From assembly GCA_041653835.1 (NCBI GenBank), contig JBAZEP010000006.1, positions 37-64,036 on the forward strand: DNA of 64,000 nucleotides, written 5' to 3'. Below the pieces are notes generated by a model. It ran no database searches and was not told the DNA's origin. It saw nothing but the letters and a program-made list of their open reading frames with translations. Made by a program: the position numbers and the translations under genes. Source of the DNA: Candidatus Omnitrophota bacterium. GTDB taxonomy: Bacteria; Omnitrophota; Gorgyraeia; Gorgyraeales; Gorgyraeaceae. Of the stretch, positions 39,851-50,835 are shown in pieces. How positions within the stretch are numbered: position 1 is the first letter of the stretch; every line of letters starts with the position of its first letter.

Positions 39851-40189
39851 ATGGCGGATCTTTCCAAAGTAAAGATAATTAAATTGGTTCCCGGCTCAAA
39901 GTATCAGAGGCTTTTCAATAAAGATTCCGGGACCAGCGGCATTAAGGCGGGGCATGTTATATTGAAGCCCGGCGAAGAAATAGGCGAACACTCTACGAAT
40001 GAGTTCGAGGAGGCGCTTGTCATACTCAATGGCTCAGGCAGGGTGAATATAGATAAAAAAGATACCGCTGAAATAGAGAAAGATATGGTTTTATATATAC
40101 CGCCTTATACGCTCCACGACGTAAAAAATACCGGTCAAGGCGCGCTGGAATATGTATTCATAACATCTTATGCTGAAAAAAAAGAATAG
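39851..40189 (+). CDS. Cupin-domain protein
   Basis: VILKPGEEIGEHSTNEFEEALVILNGSGRV. Confidence 0.6.
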   Translation: MADLSKVKIIKLVPGSKYQRLFNKDSGTSGIKAGHVILKPGEEIGEHSTNEFEEALVILNGSGRVNIDKKDTAEIEKDMVLYIPPYTLHDVKNTGQGALEYVFITSYAEKKE

Positions 40190-41042
40190 ACCGGATTTAA
40201 GATTCTGCGGCCTGGAAGAAAAATTTTCCTCATGGGAAAATTCCGGGATAGTGGTGCTGCCTGTGGCATACGACCTGACAACCTCGTACGGGCACGGTGC
40301 GATAGACGGTCCAAGGGCGATAATAGACGCGTCAAGGTACCTTGAGACATATGACGAGGAAACCGGAAAAGAGGTTTTTTTGTCCGGCATCCATACCGCC
40401 GAAGAGATAAGATCGTCGAAACTTCCTCCCGAAGCCATCATAGAAAAGGTAGAGGAGAAAACAACTTCCATACTGGAAGCAGGCAAGTTCCCCGTAATAA
40501 TAGGGGGGGAACATTCCATAACTCTGGGAGCTGTAAATGCCTGCAAGAAAAAGACCGGGGATTTTTCGGTTTTACAGCTTGACGCGCATAGCGATATGAA
40601 GGATGTCTTCCAGGGATGGAAATACAGCCACGGCTGTGTCGCCAGGCGGATAGCCGAGGTTACGGACATTGTCCAGGCAGGCATACGGAGCCTTTCAAAG
40701 GAAGAATCCGGACTGCGCCTCGAGAACGTAACGACATTTCTCATGAAAGACATGGTCAGGGACCAGGGCTGGCTCGACAGCGTAATAGGAGCCATAAAAA
40801 AAGAAAAGGTTTATGTTACCATAGATATGGATGCGCTGGACCCTTCCATAATGCCAAGCGTAGGCACGCCTGAGCCCGGGGGCTTAGGCTGGTATGAGAC
40901 GCTGGCACTATTAAAAAGGCTCTCGGAAAAAAAGAAGATCATAGGATTCGACGCGGTAGAACTGGCCCCTGTGGCGGGCAATGCGGCGCCTGATTTTTTG
41001 ACCGCCAAGCTGATATATAAGTTTTTAACCTATATATTTTGA
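40170..41042 (+). CDS. speB: Agmatinase / ureohydrolase family
   Basis: IIGGEHSITLG, LDAHSDM, VTIDMDALDPS Mn-binding motifs. Confidence 0.8.
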   Translation: MLKKKNRPDLRFCGLEEKFSSWENSGIVVLPVAYDLTTSYGHGAIDGPRAIIDASRYLETYDEETGKEVFLSGIHTAEEIRSSKLPPEAIIEKVEEKTTSILEAGKFPVIIGGEHSITLGAVNACKKKTGDFSVLQLDAHSDMKDVFQGWKYSHGCVARRIAEVTDIVQAGIRSLSKEESGLRLENVTTFLMKDMVRDQGWLDSVIGAIKKEKVYVTIDMDALDPSIMPSVGTPEPGGLGWYETLALLKRLSEKKKIIGFDAVELAPVAGNAAPDFLTAKLIYKFLTYIF

Positions 41043-41056
41043 AATAATATATTGTA

Positions 41057-41084
41057 TTGCAAAAAAAGTTTTTTATGCTATAAT
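41057..41084 (+). promoter_or_regulatory. Promoter TTGCAA-16-TATAAT
   Basis: Read directly; AAGGAGG RBS before 41128. Confidence 0.5.
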
Positions 41085-41127
41085 TTACTTTATTCATATA
41101 TCTGAAAGTCAAAAGGAGGAGAAGGGT

Positions 41128-41583
41128 ATGATCAAGAAATTGGTAATGACGGTATTTTTACTCGGAGCGTTGGCACTATTGCCGGCTTATGTGTTCAGCG
41201 AAGACGCCGCGGTACCGGCAGACACATCCGCGTCTGATACAGAGGCAGCGCCCGTTACAGAGGGCGAGATGATGGACGAAGAAATGATCCCGGCGGAAGA
41301 AGGGGTGGGAGAGGGAGTTGTCACAGGCGATATTACCGCTTTGGATGCGACGGCGGGTTCCGTAACCATAAAAGCCGCGGACGGCGTAGAAAAGGTTTTT
41401 AGCGTAGTGGACGGCGAAACCATACTCTGGAAAGGCATAGAAGACATAAAGCTGGCGGATATAAAACAAGGCGATAAAGCGGAAGTCGGTTATTATACCA
41501 ATGACGCTGGAAAACTTATAGCGAGCTGGGTGGATGTCATAGTTCCTGAAGTTCCTGCCGCGCCTGCAGCGACCCAAGAATAA
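41128..41583 (+). CDS. Secreted acidic hypothetical protein
   Basis: Signal peptide MIKKLVMTVFLLGALALLPAYVFS then Asp/Glu-rich stretch. Confidence 0.5.
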   Translation: MIKKLVMTVFLLGALALLPAYVFSEDAAVPADTSASDTEAAPVTEGEMMDEEMIPAEEGVGEGVVTGDITALDATAGSVTIKAADGVEKVFSVVDGETILWKGIEDIKLADIKQGDKAEVGYYTNDAGKLIASWVDVIVPEVPAAPAATQE

Positions 41584-41586
41584 CTG

Positions 41587-42165
41587 ATGAATGGTCAGCA
41601 GCTGACGCAGTCAGGCAAGATGGTCCCCACAAAAGTATTTTTTACCAAAGGCGTAGGCACGCATAAAGAAGAACTGCGTTCGTACGAGCTTGCTTTAAGG
41701 GACGCCGGTATAGAGAAATGCAACCTGGTGCATGTATCGAGCATTTTCCCGCCCGGATGTAAAATCATATCCAAAAATGACGGTATAAAAGAGCTTATAC
41801 CGGGTATGATAACTTATTGTGTTATTGCCAAGTGCAGTTCCAATGAGCCGAGGCGTCTGATAGCGTCTTCCGTGGGCACCGCGATACCCGCGGACGAGAA
41901 TATGTACGGCTATATGAGCGAACACCACGCGTACGGCCAGACAGACGAATTCGCCGGAGATTACGCGGAAGACCTGGCAGCTAAGATGCTCGCTTCCACA
42001 ATGGGCTTCCCGGATTTCGACGATTCCAAAGACTGGGATGAGATAAAGATGGTATACCAGGTCAAGGATAAGATAGTAAAGACCATGAACGTGACCCAGT
42101 CCACGATAATCGATTCAAACGGTAACTGGTCCACTGTAGTGGCAGCCGCAGTATTTTTATTTTGA
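41587..42165 (+). CDS. pdaD: Pyruvoyl-dependent arginine decarboxylase
   Basis: [12 protein letters not shown]..., HVSSIFPPG self-cleavage Ser-Ser; alternative start ATG 41620. Confidence 0.8.
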   Translation: MNGQQLTQSGKMVPTKVFFTKGVGTHKEELRSYELALRDAGIEKCNLVHVSSIFPPGCKIISKNDGIKELIPGMITYCVIAKCSSNEPRRLIASSVGTAIPADENMYGYMSEHHAYGQTDEFAGDYAEDLAAKMLASTMGFPDFDDSKDWDEIKMVYQVKDKIVKTMNVTQSTIIDSNGNWSTVVAAAVFLF

Positions 42166-43163
42166 ACCATATGATTTTTAGATCAATCCCGCGTCTTTTC
42201 GCGATGAAGAGACGCGGGATTTTACTTTTTCTGGCATTTATCCTGGCTGGATGCGCGGGCGAGGTATCGATAAAAGAAACAAGGCTCGTGATGGATACTT
42301 TCTGCGAGATATCCTGCTTTTCTGTTGATAGGGATAAAGCTGCCGCCGCGATAGAAGACGCGTTCAAAGAGATCGAGCGCGTAGAAAAGGCATTCAGCAA
42401 GTTTGACGAAAATAGCGAGGTGTCGAGATTAAACAGGCTCGCCGGTTACGAAGGCGTGAATGTGAGCGAAGAAGTGTTCAGTTTGACAGAAAGGTCTTTA
42501 AATTACAGTGTTCTTTCAGGAGGCGCGTTCGATATAACAATAGCGCCGCTTATGGAGATATGGGGTTTTACCTTCAGGGAAGGATCGATCCCGGATAAAG
42601 GGGCTATTGAAAGCGTCCTGAAGATCGTAGGATACAAAAAGATAGCGTTGGATCCGGAAAATTCATCGATAAGATTTTTGAATAAGGACGTAAAAGTAGA
42701 TTTTGGGGGGATAGCCAAAGGTTACGCGGTTGACAGGGCGAAAGATATGCTGGTTTCACACGGCATCAAGAACAGTCTTGTGAATCTTGGCGGCAATATA
42801 TTCGCTTCCGGTAATCCGCCCGGCAGGACCGCCTGGAAAATAGGCGTCGAGGATCCAAGGAACAAAGAAAAACTGCTCCATAGTTTTGAATTAAGCGGCA
42901 AAGCCATAAGCACATCAGGAAATTATGAAAGATTTTTTGAGATAAACGGCAAAAGATATTCCCATATAATGAATCCTCTTACGGGAGAGCCTTGCCGGGG
43001 CATTATAAGCGTTACAGTAATAGCCGTGTCCGCGGAAGAAGCGGACGCGCTTTCCACGGCTATATTCGTGATGGGAGAAGAAAAAGGCATGGAGTTTGCC
43101 GGATCCGTCAGGGATATAAATGTCCTGATACTTAAAGAGGACGGCGGACTAATTTTATATTGA
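42162..43163 (+). CDS. apbE: FAD:protein FMN transferase ApbE (lipoprotein)
   Basis: Lipobox LAGCAG; ApbE family motifs ([10 protein letters not shown]). Confidence 0.8.
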   Translation: MNHMIFRSIPRLFAMKRRGILLFLAFILAGCAGEVSIKETRLVMDTFCEISCFSVDRDKAAAAIEDAFKEIERVEKAFSKFDENSEVSRLNRLAGYEGVNVSEEVFSLTERSLNYSVLSGGAFDITIAPLMEIWGFTFREGSIPDKGAIESVLKIVGYKKIALDPENSSIRFLNKDVKVDFGGIAKGYAVDRAKDMLVSHGIKNSLVNLGGNIFASGNPPGRTAWKIGVEDPRNKEKLLHSFELSGKAISTSGNYERFFEINGKRYSHIMNPLTGEPCRGIISVTVIAVSAEEADALSTAIFVMGEEKGMEFAGSVRDINVLILKEDGGLILY

Positions 43164-43210
43164 CATAATAAGAAGGTTTGCTAAAATAAGGTAAATCTTG
43201 ACTTTAAAAC

Positions 43211-43285
43211 GCCGAGGTAGCTCATTGGTAGAGCGCGGCCCTGAAAAGGCCGGCGTAGGAAGTTCGATTCTTCTCCTCGGCACCA
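43211..43285 (+). tRNA. tRNA-Phe (anticodon GAA) with CCA
   Basis: gccgagg/cctcggc acceptor, anticodon stem cggcc/ggccg loop ctgaaaa. Confidence 0.9.
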
Positions 43286-43304
43286 TTGAAAAAGGAGGCA
43301 GTAA

Positions 43305-44021
43305 ATGAGAAAATTCCGCATAGCCTTTTTTGCAGTGATCGGAATCTTATGTTTGACTGCTTTTATATACGCCGCAATACCAAGGGTAATAAACTACCAG
43401 GGACGGCTCACCGATAAAGACGATAATCCGCTGACAGGCAATTTTCTGGTGACATTCAGGTTCTATGATGCGGAAAAGCAAGGCCAGCCTATCTGGGAAG
43501 AAGGCCACATCCTCAATATAAAAGACGGTATGTTCAACGTGCTTATGGGCTCCGTGAAGCCGCTGGAGATAGATTTCAATAAAGACCTCTGGCTTGGCAT
43601 GGAGGTCTCGAGCGACGGTGAAATGACCCCCAGGATAAAACTGGCCAGTTCTGTTTACGCGCTGAACGCCAAATCCATAGACATGATAAGTTCGAGCCAG
43701 CTTGTGAGGAACGACATGGATTCGATAATGTCCGGGTCGCTCACTTTAAAAAAAGACCTTATTTTAAAAGGCGATATGGCCGGGCCGAGCAAGATAGTAC
43801 TGTCCGATGTCCAGGGCAGGGAATATCGTTTATGGATCGATACTATGGGCAACCTGAGGCTGAAACAAGGCGCGCCTGTTTCCGATACAGACGGCGCGGT
43901 TGTGCTGAAAGAGAGGCAAGGCAAACTCTCGACTCATTTTATACAAAGCATTACCTTATTACTTCTCCTTATAGCGCTTTTCATCCTGGCGCTCATCCTA
44001 TACTCCTCAAGAAAGAAATAA
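43305..44021 (+). CDS. Membrane-anchored hypothetical protein (N-terminal signal/TM and C-terminal TM)
   Basis: 238 aa, AIPRVINYQGRLTD... and C-terminal LLLLIALFILALILY. Confidence 0.5.
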   Translation: MRKFRIAFFAVIGILCLTAFIYAAIPRVINYQGRLTDKDDNPLTGNFLVTFRFYDAEKQGQPIWEEGHILNIKDGMFNVLMGSVKPLEIDFNKDLWLGMEVSSDGEMTPRIKLASSVYALNAKSIDMISSSQLVRNDMDSIMSGSLTLKKDLILKGDMAGPSKIVLSDVQGREYRLWIDTMGNLRLKQGAPVSDTDGAVVLKERQGKLSTHFIQSITLLLLLIALFILALILYSSRKK

Positions 44022-44027
44022 ACAAGG

Positions 44028-44068
44028 CTAATGTCACATTTAAGACACTGTCTTAAATGTGACATTAG
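44028..44068. repeat. 41-nt perfect palindrome CTAATGTCACATTTAAGACACTGTCTTAAATGTGACATTAG (copy 2)
   Basis: Identical to core of 9544..9588. Confidence 0.8.
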
Positions 44069-44131
44069 AGGCCTTTATGTCCGTATTTTTCGTTGACGCA
44101 TATAATCTATATATGGTATATTAGAATCCTT

Positions 44132-45424
44132 ATGATACCAAGATATTCGCTTCCCAGGATGTCAGCGATATGGTCTGAACAGAATAAGTTCCAAAAAATG
44201 CTGGATGTAGAGATCCTCGCCTGCGAAGCCTTAACCAATTTAGGCAAAATCCCCCAAAAAGAGCTCAAAAAGATAAAATCCAAAGCGAAATTCGACGTAA
44301 AACGTATCGAGGAGATAGAAAAAACCACCCGCCACGACGTGATAGCGTTTCTGCACAATATAGCGGAATATATAGGCGATTCTTCCAGGTTCGTGCACCA
44401 GGGCCTTACATCGAGCGATGTCCTGGATACGGGCCTGTCGGTCATGATGAAAGAGTCCGCGGATATCATACTGGAAGACCTTAAGGCGCTGAAAGAAGAA
44501 TTGAGAAAGAAAGCGGATAAATATAAATACACCATAATGGCTGGAAGGAGCCATGGCGTACACGCAGAGCCTACGACGTTCGGCCTGAAAATGGCATTGT
44601 TTTTCGACGAGATAAACAGGGATATCATAAGGATCGAGAGGGCAAGGGATATTATATCCGTGGGGAAGATCTCAGGGCCTGTAGGAACATATTCCAACAT
44701 AGAGCCTTATGTAGAAGGATATGTCTGTAAAAAATTAGGGCTCATGCCCGCCAATATCTCCACCCAGGTGCTCCAGAGGGACAGGCACGCGGAATATTTA
44801 TCCGAAATAGCTATTGTGGGCGCGACCCTTGAAAAGATAGCCGTTGAATTCAGGAATCTTCAGAAGACAGAAGTACGGGAAGTCGAAGAGCCTTTCGGAA
44901 AAGGCCAGAAGGGTTCCAGCGCCATGCCGCACAAGAGAAACCCTGTTATGTGCGAAAGGATCACGGGGCTGGCGAGGGTTTTACGCTCGAACGCGCTTAT
45001 TGCCATGGAAAATATAACATTATGGCACGAGAGGGATATAAGCCATTCGTCGGCGGAGCGCATTATAATACCCGACAGCTCGATATTGCTGGATTATATG
45101 CTGAACCAGATGATCGAGATAGTAAAAGGGCTCCTGGTCTATCCGGAAAACATGAAGGCAAATCTTTACAAGACAAAGGGGCTTGTATTTTCCGCGAGGA
45201 TACTGGTGGAGCTCGAAAAAAAAGGAGTCGAACGCAGGAAGGCGTATGACATTATCCAGCGCTGCGCCATGAAGGTCTGGGAAAAAGGCGTGGATTTCAA
45301 AGACACATTGAAAAAAGACCCTGATTTCATGAAATTCGTTAAGCACAGGGAATTAGAGGACCTCTTCGATATAGAATATTACACTAAGCACGTAAATACC
45401 ATTTTCAAAAAAACCGGCATCTGA
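44132..45424 (+). CDS. purB: Adenylosuccinate lyase
   Basis: [34 protein letters not shown]; start set at ATG 44132. Confidence 0.9.
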   Translation: MIPRYSLPRMSAIWSEQNKFQKMLDVEILACEALTNLGKIPQKELKKIKSKAKFDVKRIEEIEKTTRHDVIAFLHNIAEYIGDSSRFVHQGLTSSDVLDTGLSVMMKESADIILEDLKALKEELRKKADKYKYTIMAGRSHGVHAEPTTFGLKMALFFDEINRDIIRIERARDIISVGKISGPVGTYSNIEPYVEGYVCKKLGLMPANISTQVLQRDRHAEYLSEIAIVGATLEKIAVEFRNLQKTEVREVEEPFGKGQKGSSAMPHKRNPVMCERITGLARVLRSNALIAMENITLWHERDISHSSAERIIIPDSSILLDYMLNQMIEIVKGLLVYPENMKANLYKTKGLVFSARILVELEKKGVERRKAYDIIQRCAMKVWEKGVDFKDTLKKDPDFMKFVKHRELEDLFDIEYYTKHVNTIFKKTGI

Positions 45425-45440
45425 CGAAGGAAGGAATGTT

Positions 45441-46145
45441 ATGGATAAAGGCAATAAGATATACGAGGGCAAGGCCAAGATTTTATACGATACGGATAAC
45501 CCGGACCTGGTGATACAGGAGTTCAAGGACGACGCGACCGCGTTCGACGCTACCAAGAAAGGTACAATAAAGGGAAAAGGCGTGATAAACAACGAGATAT
45601 CCTGCGCTATTTTCCAGCTCCTGGAGTCGAAAGGCATCCCCACGCATTTTGTAAAAAAATTAAACGACAGGGAAATGCTTGTCAAGAGATTGCAAATAGT
45701 GCTTATAGAAGTCACCGTAAGGAACATATCAGCGGGCGGGATATCCAAGCTCCTCGGGATGCCGGAAGGTATTGTCCTGAAATCCCCGGTCCTGGAATAC
45801 CATTACAAAAACGACAGCCTGCATGACCCTTTGATAAACGATTATCACATAGACGTGCTTAAATTAGCCACGCCCCAGGAATTGAAAAAGATAAAGGATT
45901 ATTCGTTCAGTGTGAACCAGATCATGAAGGATTTTTTCGATAAGGTAAATCTGAAACTGGTAGATTTCAAGCTGGAATTCGGAAGGCATAAAGGCAAGAT
46001 ATTGCTCGGGGACGAGATCTCTCCTGATACATGCAGGTTATGGGACAAGGTCACCAATGAGAAACTGGACAAGGACCGTTTCAGGCGCGATTTGGGAAGG
46101 ATTGAGGAAGCCTACCAGGAAGTCCTCAAGAGAATAAAGGCATAA
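45441..46145 (+). CDS. purC: SAICAR synthetase
   Basis: [10 protein letters not shown]-terminus, SAICAR synthase family. Confidence 0.9.
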   Translation: MDKGNKIYEGKAKILYDTDNPDLVIQEFKDDATAFDATKKGTIKGKGVINNEISCAIFQLLESKGIPTHFVKKLNDREMLVKRLQIVLIEVTVRNISAGGISKLLGMPEGIVLKSPVLEYHYKNDSLHDPLINDYHIDVLKLATPQELKKIKDYSFSVNQIMKDFFDKVNLKLVDFKLEFGRHKGKILLGDEISPDTCRLWDKVTNEKLDKDRFRRDLGRIEEAYQEVLKRIKA

Positions 46146-46174
46146 TGTAGGGGCTGGTCGCGACCAGCCCCCTA
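46146..46174. repeat. Palindrome GTAGGGGCTGGTCGCGACCAGCCCCCTAC (family 2, copy 1)
   Basis: Near-perfect inverted repeat around TCGCGA core right after purC stop. Confidence 0.6.
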
Positions 46175-46217
46175 CAGAGATTTCTCCGGGTTTTGTTCAA
46201 AAAGGACAAATATTATT

Positions 46218-49076
46218 ATGGAATGGAAGATAGAGATAAAAAACAGGAAAGGTGTTTTTAATCCGCTGGGGAACGGTGTCAAAAAAGACATCCTTGACCT
46301 GGGTATTAGTTCCGTCAAAAAGGTCGATGTCAGCCATGTGTTTATTATTTCCGGGGATATTACCGAATCTGACGCTAAGAGGATAGCGGGAGAACTGCTG
46401 GCGGATCCTATTACCGAAGAATACGCGATCGGTCCGGTCAAGGGCCCGAAGGGCAGGGTCGTGGAAATAGCGTATAACCCGGGCGTAATGGATCCCGTGG
46501 AAGAGAGCGCGAAAAAAGCCATAAGGGATATGGGGATATATGGGGTAAAGTCCCTGAGGACGGAAAAGAAATATTTTATAGAGGGGAAGATCACGGAAGA
46601 GGATTTTAAGAATATATGCGAAAAGCTGCTTTACAATAAAGTTATACAGCATGTGGCGAAAGAGCGAAGCGTAAAAAATGGCCTTCGCGGCAGCGCGTAT
46701 AAATTTAAATTGATAACAGTCGATATGCTCGGCGCGGATGATAAGAAACTGATGAACATCAGTAAATCGGGACAACTTTTCCTGAATCTCAAAGAGATGC
46801 AGGAGATAAGAAAATATTTCAGGAAATTAGGCAGGAACCCGACAGACTGTGAGCTTGAGACGATCGCGCAGACATGGTCCGAACATTGCGGGCATAAGAC
46901 ATTTCGCGGGATCATAGAGTACGAGGAAGAGGGCAAGAAAAGAATAATAGATAATCTCCTTAAGAACACGATAATCAAGGTTACCAATGAGCTGAAAAAG
47001 CCGTGGTGCGTATCGGTTTTCAAGGACAACGCCGGGATCATCAGGTTTGACGAGGATGACAATATATGCTTCAAGGTGGAAACGCATAATCACCCTTCGG
47101 CGCTTGAGCCTTACGGCGGCGCGGGCACAGGCATAGGCGGGGTTATCAGGGATATACTGGGAGTGGGGCTGGCCGCGAAACCCATAATGAATACGGATAT
47201 ATTCTGTTTTGGGCTTCCGGACGCGGAGCATAAAAAAGTCCCCAGGGGCATGCTCCATCCGAAACGCATAATGAAAGGCGTGGTAAGCGGGGTAAGGGAT
47301 TACGGGAACCGCATGGGCATACCTACGCTGAACGGCGCGGTTCTTTTCGATGAACGCTATACCGGAAATCCTCTGGTGTATTGCGGCACAGTGGGCATAA
47401 TGCCAAAAAATAAATCTTTCAAGTCCACCAGACCGGGGGAGTTGATCGTCGCGGTAGGCGGCCGCACAGGAAGGGACGGTATCCATGGCGCCACGTTTTC
47501 TTCCGGAGAGCTTACCCATGAATCAGGGACTGTATCAGGCGGGGCAGTACAGATAGGAAATCCCATTACCGAGAAAAAAGTTACGGATACGCTTTTAAAG
47601 GCGCGCGACAGGAGTTTATACACCGCCATCACCGACTGCGGCGCGGGCGGGTTTTCAAGCGCTGTAGGCGAGATGGGCCAGGGTATCGGTGCGGAAGTAG
47701 ATTTGGAAAAAGCGCCCCTTAAATATCAAGGCCTTAACTATACCGAGATCTGGATATCTGAGGCGCAGGAGAGGATGGTACTTTCCGTGCCGAGAGAGAA
47801 TCTCGCGGAACTTTTAGATATTTTCAGGAAAGAAGATGTCGAGGCGGTTGTGATAGGATGTTTTACGTCGAATAACAGGCTGAAATTAAGATATAACGGA
47901 AATGTGGTGTGCGACCTTGACATGGGTTTTTTACACGACGGCACCCCGAGGTTCGAACGTAAGGCCGTCTGGTCAAAACCTGTGCATAAAGAATGCCGGT
48001 ATAAAACCAAGAGAAATTTCAACCCTGATTTATTGAAGCTCCTTTCAAGCTGGAACGTCTGCAGCAAGGAATGGGTGATAAGGCAGTATGACCATGAAGT
48101 CCAGGGCCAGAGCGTTTTAAAACCTCTTGTAGGCGTAAAAAATGACGGGCCTGGTGACGCGAGCATCATAAGGCCGAAATTCAATTCTAAAAAAGGGATT
48201 ATAATTTCAAACGGGATAAATCCCAGGTTCGGCATGATCGACCCATACCTGATGGCGGGTTCGGTGATAGACGAGGCACTGCGCCAGGTAATAGCGGTAG
48301 GCGGGTCGCTGAAAAGGACAGCGATACTCGATAATTTCTGCTGGGGCAACACCGACAAGCCTGACAGGCTAGGAGGCCTGGTCAGGGCGAGTTTCGGCTG
48401 CTATGATACTGCCAAGGCTTATGGAATACCTTTTATTTCCGGCAAGGACAGCCTTAATAACGAATATTCCGTGCACGGTAAATCAGTCTCCATACCCGGC
48501 ACTCTCCTGATCTCCGCGATATCGGTGATGGATGACGTAACAAAGGCAATCAGCATGGACCTGAAAGAAAAAGGCGATCTTCTTTACGTCATAGGCGAGA
48601 CAAAAGACGAAATGGGCGGGTCTCATTATAACCTTATAAATAATTGCGTCGGGAATAACGCGCCCGTGGTGGACGCTAAAAAAGGGTCGAGGATCTTTGA
48701 CAAATTGAGCGAGGCAGCGGATTTCGGGCTGATACGCGCGTGCCATGACCTGTCCGAGGGCGGCATGGCGGTAGCGCTGGCGGAGATGGCGTTCAGCGGC
48801 GGGAGCGGGATAAAAGTGTCGCTCAAAGAAGCGCCGTCCCAGGTAAAAAAAGACCATGTAATTTTATTCTCAGAATCCAATACCAGGTTTATCGCTGAAG
48901 TAAGGAAAGAAGATAAGAAAAAATTCGAGACACTGATGAAAGGCGCCGCCGTAGGATTATTAGGCGAGGTTTCCGGGTCAAAAGATTTTGAGGTCTATGG
49001 AGTTAACGGGGATAAAATTATAGACATAAGTATCGATAAATTAAAAGAGGCGTGGCAGAAACCTTTGCGTTGGTAA
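46218..49076 (+). CDS. purL: PurS-PurL fusion (FGAM synthase PurS domain + synthetase subunit)
   Basis: N-terminal ~80 aa PurS-like, then PurL AIR-synthase-related domains, 952 aa. Confidence 0.8.
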   Translation: MEWKIEIKNRKGVFNPLGNGVKKDILDLGISSVKKVDVSHVFIISGDITESDAKRIAGELLADPITEEYAIGPVKGPKGRVVEIAYNPGVMDPVEESAKKAIRDMGIYGVKSLRTEKKYFIEGKITEEDFKNICEKLLYNKVIQHVAKERSVKNGLRGSAYKFKLITVDMLGADDKKLMNISKSGQLFLNLKEMQEIRKYFRKLGRNPTDCELETIAQTWSEHCGHKTFRGIIEYEEEGKKRIIDNLLKNTIIKVTNELKKPWCVSVFKDNAGIIRFDEDDNICFKVETHNHPSALEPYGGAGTGIGGVIRDILGVGLAAKPIMNTDIFCFGLPDAEHKKVPRGMLHPKRIMKGVVSGVRDYGNRMGIPTLNGAVLFDERYTGNPLVYCGTVGIMPKNKSFKSTRPGELIVAVGGRTGRDGIHGATFSSGELTHESGTVSGGAVQIGNPITEKKVTDTLLKARDRSLYTAITDCGAGGFSSAVGEMGQGIGAEVDLEKAPLKYQGLNYTEIWISEAQERMVLSVPRENLAELLDIFRKEDVEAVVIGCFTSNNRLKLRYNGNVVCDLDMGFLHDGTPRFERKAVWSKPVHKECRYKTKRNFNPDLLKLLSSWNVCSKEWVIRQYDHEVQGQSVLKPLVGVKNDGPGDASIIRPKFNSKKGIIISNGINPRFGMIDPYLMAGSVIDEALRQVIAVGGSLKRTAILDNFCWGNTDKPDRLGGLVRASFGCYDTAKAYGIPFISGKDSLNNEYSVHGKSVSIPGTLLISAISVMDDVTKAISMDLKEKGDLLYVIGETKDEMGGSHYNLINNCVGNNAPVVDAKKGSRIFDKLSEAADFGLIRACHDLSEGGMAVALAEMAFSGGSGIKVSLKEAPSQVKKDHVILFSESNTRFIAEVRKEDKKKFETLMKGAAVGLLGEVSGSKDFEVYGVNGDKIIDISIDKLKEAWQKPLRW

Positions 49077-49081
49077 AAGAG

Positions 49082-49849
49082 ATGAAAAAACCAAAAGTAA
49101 TAATTTTAAGGACAGCGGGCACAAATTGCGACAACGAGACCGCGGCGGCGTTCAGGATGGCTGGCGGGGAACCGGAGTTCGTGCATATAAATGAACTCGC
49201 GCGCGCCGAGAGATCCCTTAAAGATTATCAGATACTAGCCATACCCGGAGGATTTACCTACGGGGACGATATAGCGTCAGGCAAGATCCTTGCCAATGAG
49301 ATAAAATACAAGCTTAACGAGGACCTTAAGAATTTCATAAACAGCGGTAAGCTTGTGATAGGGATATGCAATGGTTTCCAGGCGCTCGTTAAAGCCGGAA
49401 TTTTACCCGGCCTGGACAACGGCGTCATGGAAGCGACGCTCAGTTTCAATGATTCCGGGAGTTTTATCGATAAATGGGTGGAATTAAAATCGCATAGCGC
49501 AGATCGCATAGCGCAAAGATGCATCTGGACTAAAGGTCTTCCTGAAACCATATATCTACCCATTGCGCATGGAGAAGGTAAATTTATACCGCGTGATAGC
49601 GATATCCTGAAACGCTTAAGAAAAAATGATCAGATCGTATTCAGGTATATCGACAACCCTAATGGATCCATAGACGATATAGCGGGTATATGCGATACAA
49701 CCGGAAGGGTGCTGGGCTTGATGCCCCACCCTGAAAGGCATTCTCTTGGCACCCAGCATCCGAGATGGACGCGTGAAGGCCTGAAGGAATACGGCGACGG
49801 CTTCGCGATCTTTAAAAACGGCATTGATTATGTAAAGGAGAAGTTATGA
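49082..49849 (+). CDS. purQ: FGAM synthase glutamine amidotransferase subunit
   Basis: KVIILRTAGTNCDNETAAAF; catalytic Cys in GICNGFQ. Confidence 0.85.
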   Translation: MKKPKVIILRTAGTNCDNETAAAFRMAGGEPEFVHINELARAERSLKDYQILAIPGGFTYGDDIASGKILANEIKYKLNEDLKNFINSGKLVIGICNGFQALVKAGILPGLDNGVMEATLSFNDSGSFIDKWVELKSHSADRIAQRCIWTKGLPETIYLPIAHGEGKFIPRDSDILKRLRKNDQIVFRYIDNPNGSIDDIAGICDTTGRVLGLMPHPERHSLGTQHPRWTREGLKEYGDGFAIFKNGIDYVKEKL

Positions 49850-50835
49850 TAGACTATAAAAAATCAGGCGTTAATATAGATACAGCCAATGATTTTGTGA
49901 AGACCATCGGGCGCCTTGCGGCTTCAACCAGGCGCAGGGAAGTGATCTGTGATATAGGGGGTTTCAGCGCGCTTACGAGCATACCGAAAAAATACAGGGA
50001 ACCTGTACTCGTTTCTTCGACAGACGGCGTAGGTACGAAATTAAAAGTGGCTGACGCGCAGGATAAACATGATACTATAGGCATAGACCTGGTGGCGATG
50101 TCGGTGAACGACGTGCTGGTTACGGGAGCGGAACCGCTTTTATTCCTGGATTATTTCGCGACAGGCAGGCTCAATAATAAAAAAGCCGTGGAGATAATGA
50201 AAGGGATCGTGAAGGGCTGTAAGCAGGCAGGGTGCGCCCTTGTAGGAGGGGAGACAGCTGAGATGCCCGGTATTTATAAAGGTGAGGAATATGACCTGGC
50301 CGGCTTCTGCGTGGGCATAGCGGAAAAAAACAAGATCATAGACGGAAGATCTGTAGCAAAAGGCGACATGATCATAGGCATAGGTTCAAGCGGCCCTCAT
50401 TCCAATGGGTTCAGCCTGATAAGAAAGTTGTTTTCCGAAAGCGAATTAAAAGGAAGATTCGGAAAAATCCTTTTGACCCCCACTATCATTTACGTAAAGG
50501 CAGTGCTGGGACTGATGAAAAAAGTAAAAATCAAATCCATGGCGCACATTACAGGCGGCGGGTTTTATGATAATATCCCCAGGGTCATGCCCGCCGGCAA
50601 ATCCGTTCTGATATATAAAGAGCTCTGGGAGGTGCCCGGGATATTTGATGTTATCAGGAAGAGGGCGAATATAAGCGATAAAGAAATGTACAGGACATTC
50701 AATATGGGAATAGGCATGGTGCTCGTGGTGTCAAAAGGCGATGTTAAAAAAGCCCATGCGGTACTGAAAAGATTCAGGTTGAAGTCCTGGACAATAGGCG
50801 AGATCATCAATGGCAATGGGGAAGTTATAATATGA
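49846..50835 (+). CDS. purM: AIR synthase
   Basis: PurM family motifs (GGETAEMPG). Confidence 0.9.
   Translation: MIDYKKSGVNIDTANDFVKTIGRLAASTRRREVICDIGGFSALTSIPKKYREPVLVSSTDGVGTKLKVADAQDKHDTIGIDLVAMSVNDVLVTGAEPLLFLDYFATGRLNNKKAVEIMKGIVKGCKQAGCALVGGETAEMPGIYKGEEYDLAGFCVGIAEKNKIIDGRSVAKGDMIIGIGSSGPHSNGFSLIRKLFSESELKGRFGKILLTPTIIYVKAVLGLMKKVKIKSMAHITGGGFYDNIPRVMPAGKSVLIYKELWEVPGIFDVIRKRANISDKEMYRTFNMGIGMVLVVSKGDVKKAHAVLKRFRLKSWTIGEIINGNGEVII

Noticed and set aside
40616-40873. Small plus-strand ORFs 40616..40873, 38933..39124 and 24090..24296 inside larger genes
   Set aside because: Alternative frames of speB, the DHS-like gene and atpI respectively; Arg-rich low-complexity translations.
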